A stretch of 64,000 nucleotides of DNA from positions 92,816,001 through 92,880,000 of the forward strand of contig NC_087472.1 in assembly GCF_036321535.1 (NCBI RefSeq), given 5' to 3'. A program made the position numbers and the translations under genes. A model generated the notes under the pieces. That model was not told the origin of the DNA, made no database searches, and saw only the letters and a list, made by a program, of their open reading frames with translations. Of the stretch, positions 12,478 through 24,350 are shown piece by piece (the stretch's first letter is position 1; each line of letters starts with the position of its first letter). The DNA comes from Camelus dromedarius (taxonomy: Eukaryota).

Positions 12478-12907
12478 AATCTTACTTGCAGATCATGTCC
12501 CAATGAGATGTTCTGCCAGTCTCTATGTAGACAAATGAAATTTGTCATTCTTACTATCCAACCTAATTGATCACATACACCAAATAAATTTCAATCTGAA
12601 TATTCTGATCAGACATCCTCAAGAATACCCTCGTTTTGGAAAGAAAGAACATAAGATAAACCCCTATTTTAATAGGAAAACTAGGAATTTAGAACAACGA
12701 GACTCTCACAAAGATTAGAATCAGCTCTAACTACAAAGAAATTATGAAACAGCCACTAGGACCAAAATTCTTCATTCATTCAAGAACTGTATTGCAAAAT
12801 TTCTTTCTTTGTGCTGATAAGAAAGCTAAAGGATGTAGAATACTTACAAAGCATGGCGAAAAAGAAAGACCCTATTTGCTGACTAAGATGAGGCGAAGAA
12901 CTCAAAG
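12478..12907 (+). pseudogene. Fossil exon containing an RGS-like N-terminal half
   Basis: Acceptor tttttcattttgcag| and donor AAG|gtgatt. 12729-12773 reads NYKEIMKQPLGPKFF. After a frameshift at ~12774 it reads FIQELYCKISFFVLIRKLKDVEYLQSMAKKKD...GEELK. Compare RGS ..ll..P.G...F..FL..E...ENI.FW.....K......L..KAKKI. Confidence 0.65.
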
Positions 12908-14025
12908 GTGATTGGATTGGACAGTGTTCTGTTTTATATCACAAGTTACAGATCTTCATTTTACTTTCTGACATTCAACAAAACAAGATAAGGAATCTCT
13001 TGGCAAATTGTTTTACTAGAGTCTGTTTACCCACCTAAAATATTTGCATAGACTTCAAGGTTTGTGAAGCACGTTTAGATAATTACCTGAAGGCCCAAGA
13101 TACGACTTCTTTTCAGAGATCTTCTTTAGCCACTCTTGAAATCTATAACAATCCTACCCAGATACTCCTTATCACTTACTTTTTTTTTTGAAGGGGGCCA
13201 TATCACTTATCATCCACTAATCTACTACTTCTCCGTCAGGTACGATCCATGAGATTAGAGATTTTGTTTTGTTCTCTGATATCTCCCCAAAAGAGTGCCT
13301 GGTCCATAATAAGGTACTTAAGAAAAATCTGTCAAATAAGTAAAATAATGTTAACATGAACTAGATTTCTGAAACTGAGTTTTGGGGGGCCAAATTGTTA
13401 TGTCTTGTAGGACATTCTAGATCCCATAAACTAGTTTTTGATGTTATTTTAAGGATTTTTTTTAAGTTGGAAAATTAGAACAGTTAGATATTTGGAAATA
13501 AATGATGCAAAAGAAATAATTTTGTGGTTGTAAATGCTATTCACTCTTTTTCCTTCTGCTTTTGCAGCTATCTGAGTAGATTTTTTTCCTTTCTTCTTTC
13601 TTTTCATTTTTCTTCTTTCCCTCTCTGCCTCTTTCCTTCCTTCTTTCTATTTGGGCTTTTTAAAAAAATTTCTTACACTTTCACTTGAATGTGAACTATA
13701 TGAAGACTGCAACATAGTCTATCTCATTCAATTTATAATACCAGTGACTGGTAGAATGCCTGACGCACAGGAGGTATTTAATACATTTTTAAATAACTGT
13801 TTTATAATGAAGGGACTGTACATCCAAGTGTTAATATTACATATTTGCTGTTTCTCTAAGAACCAAAAAAGAAACACTGAAGAAGAAATAACATATTTTA
13901 CCTGAGAATATCTTTACTAAAACAAAATGCTAAAGTTAAAATTATTGGGATATAACCATTCCTGTAAATAACCACTGAATGTGTGCATTATTTGCTCTTC
14001 TATTTTTTGTTCTCTTAATACTTAG

Positions 14026-14239
14026 ATGAATGAAAGGCCATCAGAAGCACTGAGGGCTCCAACAACTCCTCCATATTGCCTCAGATTTTCTGAACACCTA
14101 GATCGCTTTTGTTAAGTGTTTCATAAAACTCGTTTTTCACAGTATTCAAAGAAGTTAATGGGATGGATGATGGTGAAGCAATATTTAATGAGATTAAGAG
14201 GAGACGTTGAAGATGAGGAGAGCAACGGCAGATGATGTG
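14026..14239 (+). pseudogene. Fossil exon containing an RGS-like C-terminal half
   Basis: Acceptor ttttttgttctcttaatacttag|. Its phase-1 join to the 12907 donor gives DE*KAIRSTEGSNNSSILPQIF*TPRSLLLSVS*NSFFTVFKEVNGMDDGEAIFNEIKRRR*R*GEQRQMM. Most stops are TGA, consistent with CGA deamination. The donor (14240 or 14243) is weak; both options are phase 2. Confidence 0.6.
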
Positions 14240-14394
14240 GTAGTAATTTTCATGTGGAATTATGCCTATTAAATTAGCAAATGAAATGGATGATGTTCAT
14301 AGTCCACGGCACGCATGTACCTCACATAGTGTCTGCATTTACGGAAAATCCTCTTCAATATAACATTTGCATGGGAGAGGAAAGCCCAATGAAT

Positions 14395-15830
14395 ATTCAT
14401 TCATTCATCCAACATGTATTTATTGTGTGCCAACTACATGACAGATAAACTGATCTAACCAGTAAATGAAAAATGTTCCCTTCTCTAATGGAGGTTACTT
14501 TCTAGTGGGAGAAGACAGATTAAAAAGTATCAGACATAACGAGTTAGTAAATTGAATACGATTATTGAAGATATACTAACCTCTAAAGCAGAGTAGGGGA
14601 AATGAGAAATGCCAGAGATGGGAGTGGAGGGTTGGAGGGTTATAGTTTAAAATTAGAGCATGAGACGTATTACAAAGATGACACTTGGGCAGAGACCTGA
14701 AGGAGATGAAGAAATTATACGATTATATATGGGAAACATATTTTAAGAAGAGAGAACACTAAGTGCAAAGCCTTACAGTGGGAGTGTGCCCAGCATGCAT
14801 TAGAACGGTGAAGAGGCACTGTGGCTAGAACAGCATGAATGACGGGGAAGTAGTAAGAGATGACATACGAAAAACAATGGGGGCTAGTTTATATAAGGCC
14901 ATGTAAGCCATTATAAAGACTCTGGCTTTTACTCTGTGATATCTGGGGACCCATTGCAGGCTTTCAAGGAGAAGATTGATGATTTTATTGACATTTGGCT
15001 CCTGTGTTGAGAACAGATTAGAAGTAGGGAAGAACAGAAGCAGGCAGACCAAATTATCACTACTATAATCCAGAAGAGAAATGATAGTCATTTAGACTAG
15101 GGTGGTACCGGTGGAGATAGTAAGAAGCAGTCATCATTTGGATCTATTATGAAGGTCAAACCAACAGAATGTGAGGGCTGTTTGATGTGGAGCATGGCAG
15201 AATGAGAGAAATGAAGAATGACTCTAAAGTATTTGTCCTGAATGACTGGAAGGGTATGGGTAAAACCAGCTTTTGAGGGGAATATCAGGTGTACAGCTTT
15301 TGGACATTCTAAATTTCAAGTTAGTCCTCCAAGTGAGAATACTTAGTAATGAATCAGATGTACATGTCTGGAATTTGGGAGCGGAAGTATCAATTAGCCA
15401 AGTGTCAGCAATAACACAGTACTGAAAATCATAGTACTGCATGAAATGACCAAGGAGGTGACTTGAGAAGACCACCAAGGAATGAGTCTGGCTTCTTCCA
15501 TCATTCAGAGTTCTGCAAGAAGAGACAAAATCAGCAAAGACGACAGAGAAGGAGCAGTCAGTGAGTCTGAAAGGCAACCAGAAGATTGTGGTTTCTGGAA
15601 GACAAGTGAAGACATTTTATCAAAGAAGTGGGTGATCATCTGTTGCAGGTAGATCAAGGTCTGAGAACTGGATTAAATTTAGTAACATGGAGGGCACTGT
15701 TATCCTTGGCAAGAACAGCGTATTTGGAGTGGTACTTCTGCAAACCAGATTAGACTGGGTCTAAGATAAATGGGAGGACAGCAAGTATAGACAACTCTTG
15801 TTTTACTGCAAAGGGAAGAAAAGAAACAGC
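14395..15830 (-). mobile_element. L2 LINE, ~1.4 kb
   Basis: Starts attcattcattcatccaacatgtatttattg and continues as antisense L2 (ggactctggcttttactctgtga, ggatctattatgaagg). Confidence 0.9.
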
Positions 15831-16044
15831 AGGAGGATCTAAGGGATGGTATGTAAACATACTAAGATTAGAATTGGATTATTATTATTATTACTATTAG
15901 TAGGAGTATTATTAGTATACAAAAATACTGTTAGGAATGAGAATAACAATAATAAATATTTAATAACTATTTTCTCTGTTTCTATTATTGTCCAAAGCAT
16001 ATATATGTATGTATGTATGTATATGTGTGTATACATATGCATAT

Positions 16045-16222
16045 ATTAAACTGGTATAATCACTCTATGAAACAGGCAGTACTGTTAGCCCATTTTACAG
16101 GTGATGGAAGTGAGACAGACAAGGCAGAGGCCCAGGGTCCTCACACAGGTAGAAAATGGCAGAGCCAGGATTCACTCCAACAAATTTGGCTCTGTATTTT
16201 GTGTGCTTAAAACTACACCATG
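16045..16222 (-). mobile_element. MIR SINE
   Basis: cccattttacaggtgatggaagtgag...ggcagagccaggattc. Confidence 0.8.
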
Positions 16223-16984
16223 CAAATAATTAATACAAATGAGATATCAGAAAAGATACTTAAACTACTCAGGATACCAAATTATTCTAATTGTCTGAGC
16301 TAATAAAATAGGTATTTATAAAACTATTTTGATACACAATATACTTATCTATTAAAAAGTCTTCTAAGAAATACTGCAAAGCAGTTCACACCATATAAAA
16401 GGTTAATCAGAGCCTCTTTATCTATTTACAAGAAGCAAAATTCTGCCTCTTTCAAAATGTTCATGGATTTAGAATGTTCTTCCAACAAGGTAGTCTAAAT
16501 GAGGTTGTACTACACCAACATAATGCAAATTAAAATTTGATATATGAGGAACAACTCTTCCTAAAACTTAAAAAAAATTTTAAGAGGAAATGTTCCTGCA
16601 CATGACTACTTAATTTAATGACATCTTCATAATTCAATCTAATTACAATTTTTTGTTTACTCAGAACAACTTCCACTCAGACAAATGTAACCTACTCTGG
16701 GGCCTCTTGAGCTATTTCCCCTCCAGTCCAAAGTCTGGCTGTTGAAAAGATCTTTTTCTAAGTAGGTCATCCTCTGCCTTAAACCTCTTAACCGGCCTTG
16801 CCTTTTTTCCTGCCTCTGACTCCTGCTCCTTATGATTATCTTCGGGGCCTTGGTTACCTCATCCCTGCCTGTAGCGTTGCTTTGATTCTTGCCCCAGTTT
16901 TCTGGGCTTAACTTCTAAATAGCACCTTTATCACCTTCCTCCACTCCGGCCTCATGCTGCCCCTGTACCTCATTCAACAGTTTC

Positions 16985-17038
16985 CTTTGACATCTTTCTT
17001 GAAAAATTCTATTTTCTTTGACATCTTTCTTGAAAAAT
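16985..17038. repeat. 31-bp-period tandem duplication
   Basis: ctttgacatctttcttgaaaaat at 16985-17007 and 17016-17038. Confidence 0.9.
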
Positions 17039-17400
17039 CCTTTTATTAGGAGAGTTGTCTGGGGTTAGCAGGTAGGGGGGAGGAAGGGAGAAAAGAACAT
17101 AGGCACAGAATATTTGGGAAAAGGACAAAGACTCCGTAGTATTCTCATCTCCACAACTTCTCACTTAGCAGCCACCTCTCATGCCCTTGATTTGGACTCT
17201 GCCTGTCTCTCCCTCAGCCAGCAACCCTTCACACACTGATATGAACTAAAGGTGCCACCACCATGGCTTTTCTCACCATTCGGCTTCATCACATCATCTC
17301 AGCTTTTTAACCCATCATTCCGAGTATTAGAAGCTGTTCAAAGGAGAAGAAATGGAATGACATAATAGAACCGCCTTTCTCCTTTTTTTTTCCCCTCCAG

Positions 17401-17590
17401 ATTTTACCGTCAAAGCGGGAAGAAGTTAACATGGCAACAAAAGCAGACTTCACTGACAGTGAAGGACATGGAAAAATACTAGCTAGCAATCAGTCATTGT
17501 CTCTTCAATGCAGTCACTTAATTTTTCATACCCAGGCCTACCAATAGAGTTAAGAGAGAATATCTCAAAGCATTAAAACAGTTTGTATGC
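17401..17590 (+). pseudogene. Probable terminal exon of the fossil gene
   Basis: Very strong acceptor ctttctccttttttttttcccctccag|. The phase-2 frame FYRQSGKKLTWQQKQTSLTVKDMEKY ends at TAG 17480-17482. ATTAAA at 17572-17577 is followed by GT/T-rich sequence. Confidence 0.5.
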
Positions 17591-19562
17591 TTCCTCTAGG
17601 ATGTTTTTCTTTTTTAATTATGAAAAAGACAAAAAAAACCTAAAATTAAATGGAGAACAAATGAATGTGACAAATATTCTTTTAAAAGAGTATCTGTGAC
17701 ATGGTAATTGTATACAATTAAAAGCTCTGAAGTTGGTGATCCTATTTTGAGACCTCTTAATATGGGGATATCATTATTACATCAGCCACCTACTAGTTTA
17801 TCACTAATACACCAATTAATCTTTTGAGTGGTGTGCATTCTTACATGAGTCACTTCCTACTTGCTGTCATTTCACCAACCCTTAAATTGATCTCTGTGGC
17901 CCTAAGATCAATTACACTTAAACCAACGTGTAAAACCTGGCACGTTCATTAATTAAAGTCAAATTTACACTTCTGTAATTGAGACTAATTATTTGTTTGG
18001 TTTAAGTTGTTAGGCATTCATTAAAGCCACTGGTCAGAGGCAGTGAATGAACATAGTTTCAAAGTCTATATATATATTAAAATGATCAGGCTTGGGACTT
18101 CACAAAAAGGAAATCTTTCTGAGCTGAAACCTATAAAATAAATCTTAGGTTCTTACTCAAGTTAATGCATGGATGTAAAAGAATGAAAATTATGGCATGA
18201 CAACATTTCCCTAACATAAGCATCACAACACCACAGTTCAACAAGTTTAATTCATTATCCAAGAAATTGGAAAATATCGTTAGTTTTTTTCTTTGTTCAT
18301 TTTACTTACACAGTACCTCTGTCAACAAGACATGGCTATTGAATAAGTATATTTGTTCTATGTCACTTAATATTGCAGAAAGTGTAGCCAAAAAATCTAT
18401 TTAAATAGCCATTGTTCTGAAGCACTTATCCTCTGAACATATAACAGTTACATACCCAGTAATAAAAAGGAAAGAAATCATAACTTAAAAGTGAAAAGAA
18501 GTTTATATAGCCTTTTCTAACTATACACAATGCTGGATGTGTAAGAGATACCTATGTTTAAGAAGAGATACTTCAGGTCATCCAAATTACTGAGGCCAAT
18601 GTGTGCTGATTAAGTTAAGCAGGGGGATTTCCAGTGATAAAAATTTTCATTATTATGCTGCAATCTTAAAGTTCTCAAAGGAATAGCTGAGACAGCAATA
18701 CAAAGTTCAGCAAACGGATGAGCTTTCTGAAATAGCAGTGTTTTACTAGCTTTACAAATGCCACAACAAATATAAAACTGATTTTTAAGAAAAATCATAA
18801 TTGAAACAAATGAGGAAAATCCTCTATTAGAAACCATGATAAAACAATTTCAAGTCATGGTAGTATCGTTTTTTAAGAGAAATATTAAATAAAATAGAAT
18901 GATGTTTAAGCATAAAAGTTTGCCACTGGATTTGACCTGTATTAAAATAGAACAGTACATCATGTACATTTAAAATTAATCTATTTTAAAATGACTAAAA
19001 GTTCATTCTCACAAAGATACAGGCCCTTAATTTAAATTTAACTTTTCCCTTTTCTTTCCAAAATCTAATTTTTAAAAAATTATATTTCATAAACTTTTAG
19101 ACTAAATTTACTCAAGACCATCACTGAAAATATCAAGTGCTAGGGTGGGCAACTACTGTAGTCAGTAGTTGACTTTCATATGTTTAACTTCCTAACAATC
19201 CATCCTCTTGCATATTTATGTAATCTCACCTTAAAATGACCATTCATGTGACAAATTTAGACGTCCATGTATCAGCTGAAGAACAAATATTTCAAGCTAT
19301 AGCTGGCAAGCCCACTTACCCACAAATAATTCCACTGCTAGTGTTGCCATATTCACTTGGAAAGTAGCAATTTCCAATTACTTGAATGTTTTATCTCAGT
19401 GGTTTGCAAATTGTGACCCACTGAACATTGGAATTACCTCTTAGAATGGAGAGAGAGCCAAGCTAGAGGCTTCCAACTCATATTTTAACCAAATTATATC
19501 CCCCTTCATCTGTGAAACTTACTGTGATTCTGGTAGACTTTGAGGAAATGATTCCACTCCCT

Positions 19563-19675
19563 AAAAAAGGGGAAAAAAAGAAATAAGAGAAGGGAAGAGA
19601 AAGAAGGAAGGAGGGAAGGAAAGAAGAAGGGAAGCAGAAAGGGAGGGAGGGAAAAATGTAAGGAGGGAATGGAGG
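19563..19675 (+). repeat. Purine-rich (GGAA/GGGA) low-complexity tract
   Basis: Seen directly. Confidence 0.85.
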
Positions 19676-20265
19676 GTTTATAGGGAAGTCACTGGTTTAC
19701 GTGTATTATTCTTATTCTTTTATAAAGTTAGTAAGAAAATGAAAAGTGTACAAGCAATTAAGATGCATGTCTTGATAAACCTGGTACAGTTCATTCACTA
19801 ATTTAGCAATTATTTATTAAACTCTACTAGGTTCCAGGCACTGTGCTTTGCTCAGATGAAATTAGGCCTGCCAAATCCTTGATCTCTACAAGACAGTCCG
19901 ATATCCAGTATCAAAAATCACGTACCAGCTATCAAAGTTGCAGTTTCTTTATCCCTCAGCAAGATTTTGAAAGCAACACTGACTAATGGGGGTACTTTTA
20001 AACATCCATTTGTTGGGGCCACACCAAGTCCATAGCAGTCCATAGCAAGCTAGACATTACTGATGCCAAATCAAACAAACAAACAAACAAACCTTAGTCT
20101 CAAAAACAGATTTTAGTTACCTTCTGGTTACTTTCATCCACACTACTTCCATCTGCAATCATTCCTTCTTCTGTTCTTCATTGTTTATTCTTACCTACTA
20201 TACAATAATCATCCCTTTGACTATCTCCCTGGCTAGCATGGAAACTCCTCAAGAGAAGGGGACTA

Positions 20266-20671
20266 CAGACAGTTGCCGACTTAAAATGGTCTGACTTAAA
20301 TTTTTCAACTTTACGATGGCATGAAAGCAATAGGAATTCCAAAGAAACTGTACTTTGAATTTGGAATTCTGATCTTTTCCCAGGCTAGTGATATGCAGTA
20401 AGATACTCTCTCACGGTGCTGGGCAGCGGCGTCTAGCTACAGCTCCCACTCAGCCACAAAATCATGTGAGTTAACAACTGATACATTACAACCATTTCAT
20501 TTTTTTATAATTTCAGTACAATGTTCAATAAGCTACATGAGCTATTCAACACTTTACTATAAAATAGGCTTTGTGTTAGATGATTTTGCCCAACTATAGG
20601 CATTATCAACATGACATTTTCAACTTACAATGGGCTTATTAGGATGTAGCCTCATTGTAAATCAAGATCTG
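20266..20671 (-). mobile_element. MER47/Tigger5-type Tc1-mariner non-autonomous DNA transposon inside an L2 3' end
   Basis: Termini ta|cagacagttgccgactta ... taaatcaagatctg|ta with TA target duplications; internal gatcttttcccaggctagtgatatgcag. Confidence 0.85.
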
Positions 20672-21089
20672 TATATTTAATTCATGCACACATGCCACAA
20701 GTGCATCACATTATCAGCTCTCAATAAAGATTTGCAGGACATACAAGTAAACATACTATCTACAACAGTCCAAGTCTTGGAAGGGGATGTGACAAACAGG
20801 CAAAATAAAATTCACAACATGGAATCATGGTATCTTCCAAAACTCCACTTCTTTCCCAAGAGATTCTGTTAAAGGGTTCACATATCCAAGGAAAGTAATT
20901 CTTCTGTCCTACTGGATAAACAGGCTCTACTCCCCTCCCAACACTCCACTCAAGAAAGACATACATTGATCTAAGCATGTGATTCTAAACAAAGCTATGG
21001 ATATGAAGAGGTCAGATAGGTGAGGACATATTAAAGTTTAATACAATACTTATTAAGAGAGAGATTTAGAGAAAGAAGCTGTCCTATTC

Positions 21090-21511
21090 TGTGGTGGACA
21101 CATGGCAGGCAGCCCAGATCTCCCTTCACTGAAGGACTTGGTGTCCCAGCAGCTGAGAGTACTATGAGCACCAGCTTTAGCTGTCAGCCCTTTCAGGGTT
21201 TACCTCAGCCTTGGAAAGCTGCCCCCACAGGGCAGCCCATCTCCAATAACTGATTAACCCGTAGGACAATGGTCTGGTCACACAGGCACTACTTAGGATA
21301 ACCCTAAAGGGTCCTTTCAGCTCGTGTGCATCCTGTGGGGTTAGCTGAGGGAGTCTTTGGGCCTTTTAGCATCTTTTGTCACCTCCCTCTCACCACTCTT
21401 GCTTCCTTCCCCCATCCCACCAGTTTTGATCCCAAAGACACTTTTTTATCAATATCCTGCACAGTGAACTCCAACTTGGAGTCTGCCCTCTGACGAATAC
21501 AACCTACAACA
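21090..21511 (+). mobile_element. ERVL solo LTR (LTR16-like)
   Basis: TG...CA termini, 5-bp TSD tattc/tatcc, and 3' end tcctgcacagtgaactcc...gagtctgc...caacctacaaca. Confidence 0.8.
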
Positions 21512-23362
21512 TATCCTGTATAAAGATGAATACATACATATTTCTTATTACAGAGTATGGATTTTTAATTCAGAAAATCATTTTTTTCTCTTCAGGAAAC
21601 CCAGGTTAACAATTCTTTAGACAAAGGCAAAATTTCAACCTGTTCCAATGGCTATTAAGTGAGCACTGACTAACCAAAATGGACACCGGTATTAACAACA
21701 GTACGGCCCTGACACTACGTACTCCCTGATTATGAACGCTCTTCTCAGTACTCATACATACAGGAAGTTAAGCTTGGTGCACCTTCTCTTAGTCTAGAGT
21801 TCAAGAACTTCACACACAGGCAGAAAGCCAGTCCCTCACTGCTCTGGTCTATCTCTGGTCACGTTGTACACAGAACTTACACATCTGGAATGCCATCTAG
21901 TTTTATATTCTGATTAGTCAGGTCAAGCCATACCATCTGGTAAATATTCTGAGTGTAGTTCATCCCTGGTTATATGTTAGGGAAAAAAAACAACTTGGGA
22001 GAAAAATAGTTGTATCACATTTAATCAAAGTAAAAAAAAAAATCACAAAATCTTATCACATTCATTCTATTATTTTAAGAATGTTCAACATAACATCCTG
22101 AAAGTTTCCCTTTGAATTACTATTTCAAGGACCTAATATCTTTTTGCATGGACCATTTTCATTCCTATATTCTAAACTAAAAAGTAAGTTATCTTCTAAA
22201 AATCAGATGAGCTTGGTCAGCTTCCCATTTACAGGTACTCTTCTATAACATCTTTAATTGGGCAACCTTATCTAGAATATGAAAGTGTTTCCAATCCTCA
22301 TTAATCACTGGGTTAAGTTTCTTTGAAGTTAGCAGTTTCCTCAGCATCTTGGCCTTAGACATATCCCTTGTTTATATAATATTTATTATTATTAAGATCC
22401 CTTTATCTTTAATAATTCATCATAAATCAATCCCTTTGGTTCTTAAATAATTTAGGATGTTTCTATGCTTTCCTCTGGATGATTTTGTGCTCCTCTATAT
22501 TTCATAAGAGCGTATATAACCTATTTTAATGAACTCTTCAAACAGATCTACTATCTTTCCTTCATGCACTAATTCTGGGGTCCTATCTAGAAAAGCTATT
22601 AACTTTGTACTCAACAGGTACTCCCTTGGCTATTACATAATCATAATGGAACCAAGCCTTCCCCAATAGAAATTATATATATGTACACATCTGAATTTCT
22701 ATATATATACACACATATACATATATACACATTTGAAGATATATATAATCTGAATTTACAAAAATAATATGTTTCTTATATTCAATAAATTACCCTCCCC
22801 AAAGCATTTTGGTCAGTCTGAGAAACTATTTGCTAACTGCAAAATGAAAGTCAGTTATTTTACATTTGCACAAATTAAAGTTTAGAAATGATATAATTAC
22901 AGTCATTATAGTAGCAGGCAAAACATTTGAGATGAGCAAATTAGAATATCTAATAAGGTGGCGAGATTGGGCTGTAAAGCACTAAGATTAAAAAAAAATC
23001 AAAACATTACAAGGAAAACAATATGAAAGCTTCCTCAATGCCTACTCAGGGAAAAAGATTTTTAGAGCAGCAGATACCCAAATATTTATAATAGCTATAA
23101 CGTCTACAAGATCAATATAATGTAGCATGGAGCGGCAGGATTCCTGAGGATGTGAATAAGTTTGCTACTTAAGTTATTTGTATCTCAGTGTCTTCATGTA
23201 TAAATGAGTTTATTCATTGTGTGAATTAAGTGTTTTGAAATATGGCACTGCAACACAGGAAGGTTCCAATAAATATACACCATATTTTTAGAAAATATAC
23301 ATGGAGATAATGTATTTATATTTTCCTACAAATATTACAGAATACTGTTTGCTAAGACTTTT

Positions 23363-23571
23363 CTATGTGCTTTGAGATTTGGGGCTCTTTCTTAATTTCT
23401 TAGAATGAAACAAAGTCATACAGTTTCCCTTTCGTGAAGGGTGGAATGACTTTTCTTCTGAATAAGCAAATTCTTCTAGGGATGTCTTCATTGAAAACAG
23501 TTTGAATCCCTTAAATGAGGAGCCTACCTGTCTAGAATACAAGTTGAACTGTGGTTGGTGAGAAGGGGTAT
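23363..23571 (-). other. Candidate downstream/terminal exon of the minus-strand transcript
   Basis: Acceptor tttattctttgcag| at 23572. There is an internal donor CAG|gtaggc (44-nt exon, 23528-23571), or an open frame TPSHQPQFNL...KLRKSPKSQST* running to 23363. Confidence 0.3.
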
Positions 23572-24099
23572 CTGCAAAGAATAAACTTTTCTCCCTCCCT
23601 CTCTGCGTAAAGGCATTGCCAAGACAAAAGTTGAACAGGACTTCAGACATCAATTCTATTTTATGTCCTTTGTGATTTCAGAATAGTTTAATAAACTACT
23701 GAAAACATAATCTCTCTGCTTACTTTGAAAGGAAAAGCTTTTCAAATAGTTATAAAGACACAGATTTGAGGATATCTGTACACATATAGAATAATATTCA
23801 ACAATAACTTTATAGTGTTATTTGAATTTACCAAAATAGTATAACTCAGGTGTAATAGGAGATTTGCGTGTAATTATCTTATATACACTGTAATGAGGAT
23901 CATTTCCTTTATTAAGGGATGAGTGGAAATAAAAAAAAAAAGAAGGAAACTTATCATTGGTCCTATTGATAATCCGTAAGGTAATAAAATTGAGGACCTA
24001 AGTCTTCTGGTCACAGTACTATTACTTTCACAAGGAGTTGAGTTAAGTGTGTTTGCAATCAGATTCCTCTGTTTCTGTAATGTATCTAGGTGAAGCAGG

Positions 24100-24350
24100 A
24101 CAGAACAGTGTTTAAGCATGTGGGCCATAGACCTCTGGTTTCAAATCACACCCTGTCATTTATCAATTTTAGGAGCAAATTACCTATTTTCTCTATCAGT
24201 GTTCTCATCTGTAAACTGCAGAAAATAATAGCATTGACTTACACAGGAACACTATGAGGATGACAGGAGTTACTTCCCATCTGCATAGCACATAGAGCTT
24301 TGCCGGGGCACGGCAGCACCGGGTAAGCATCACTTATCTGCTAAGCAGTA
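24100..24350 (+). mobile_element. MIR SINE
   Basis: cagtgtttaagcatgtggg...ttctcatctgtaaactg. Confidence 0.8.

Noticed and set aside
15224..15577. 117-aa minus-strand ORF
   Set aside because: Within a decayed L2.
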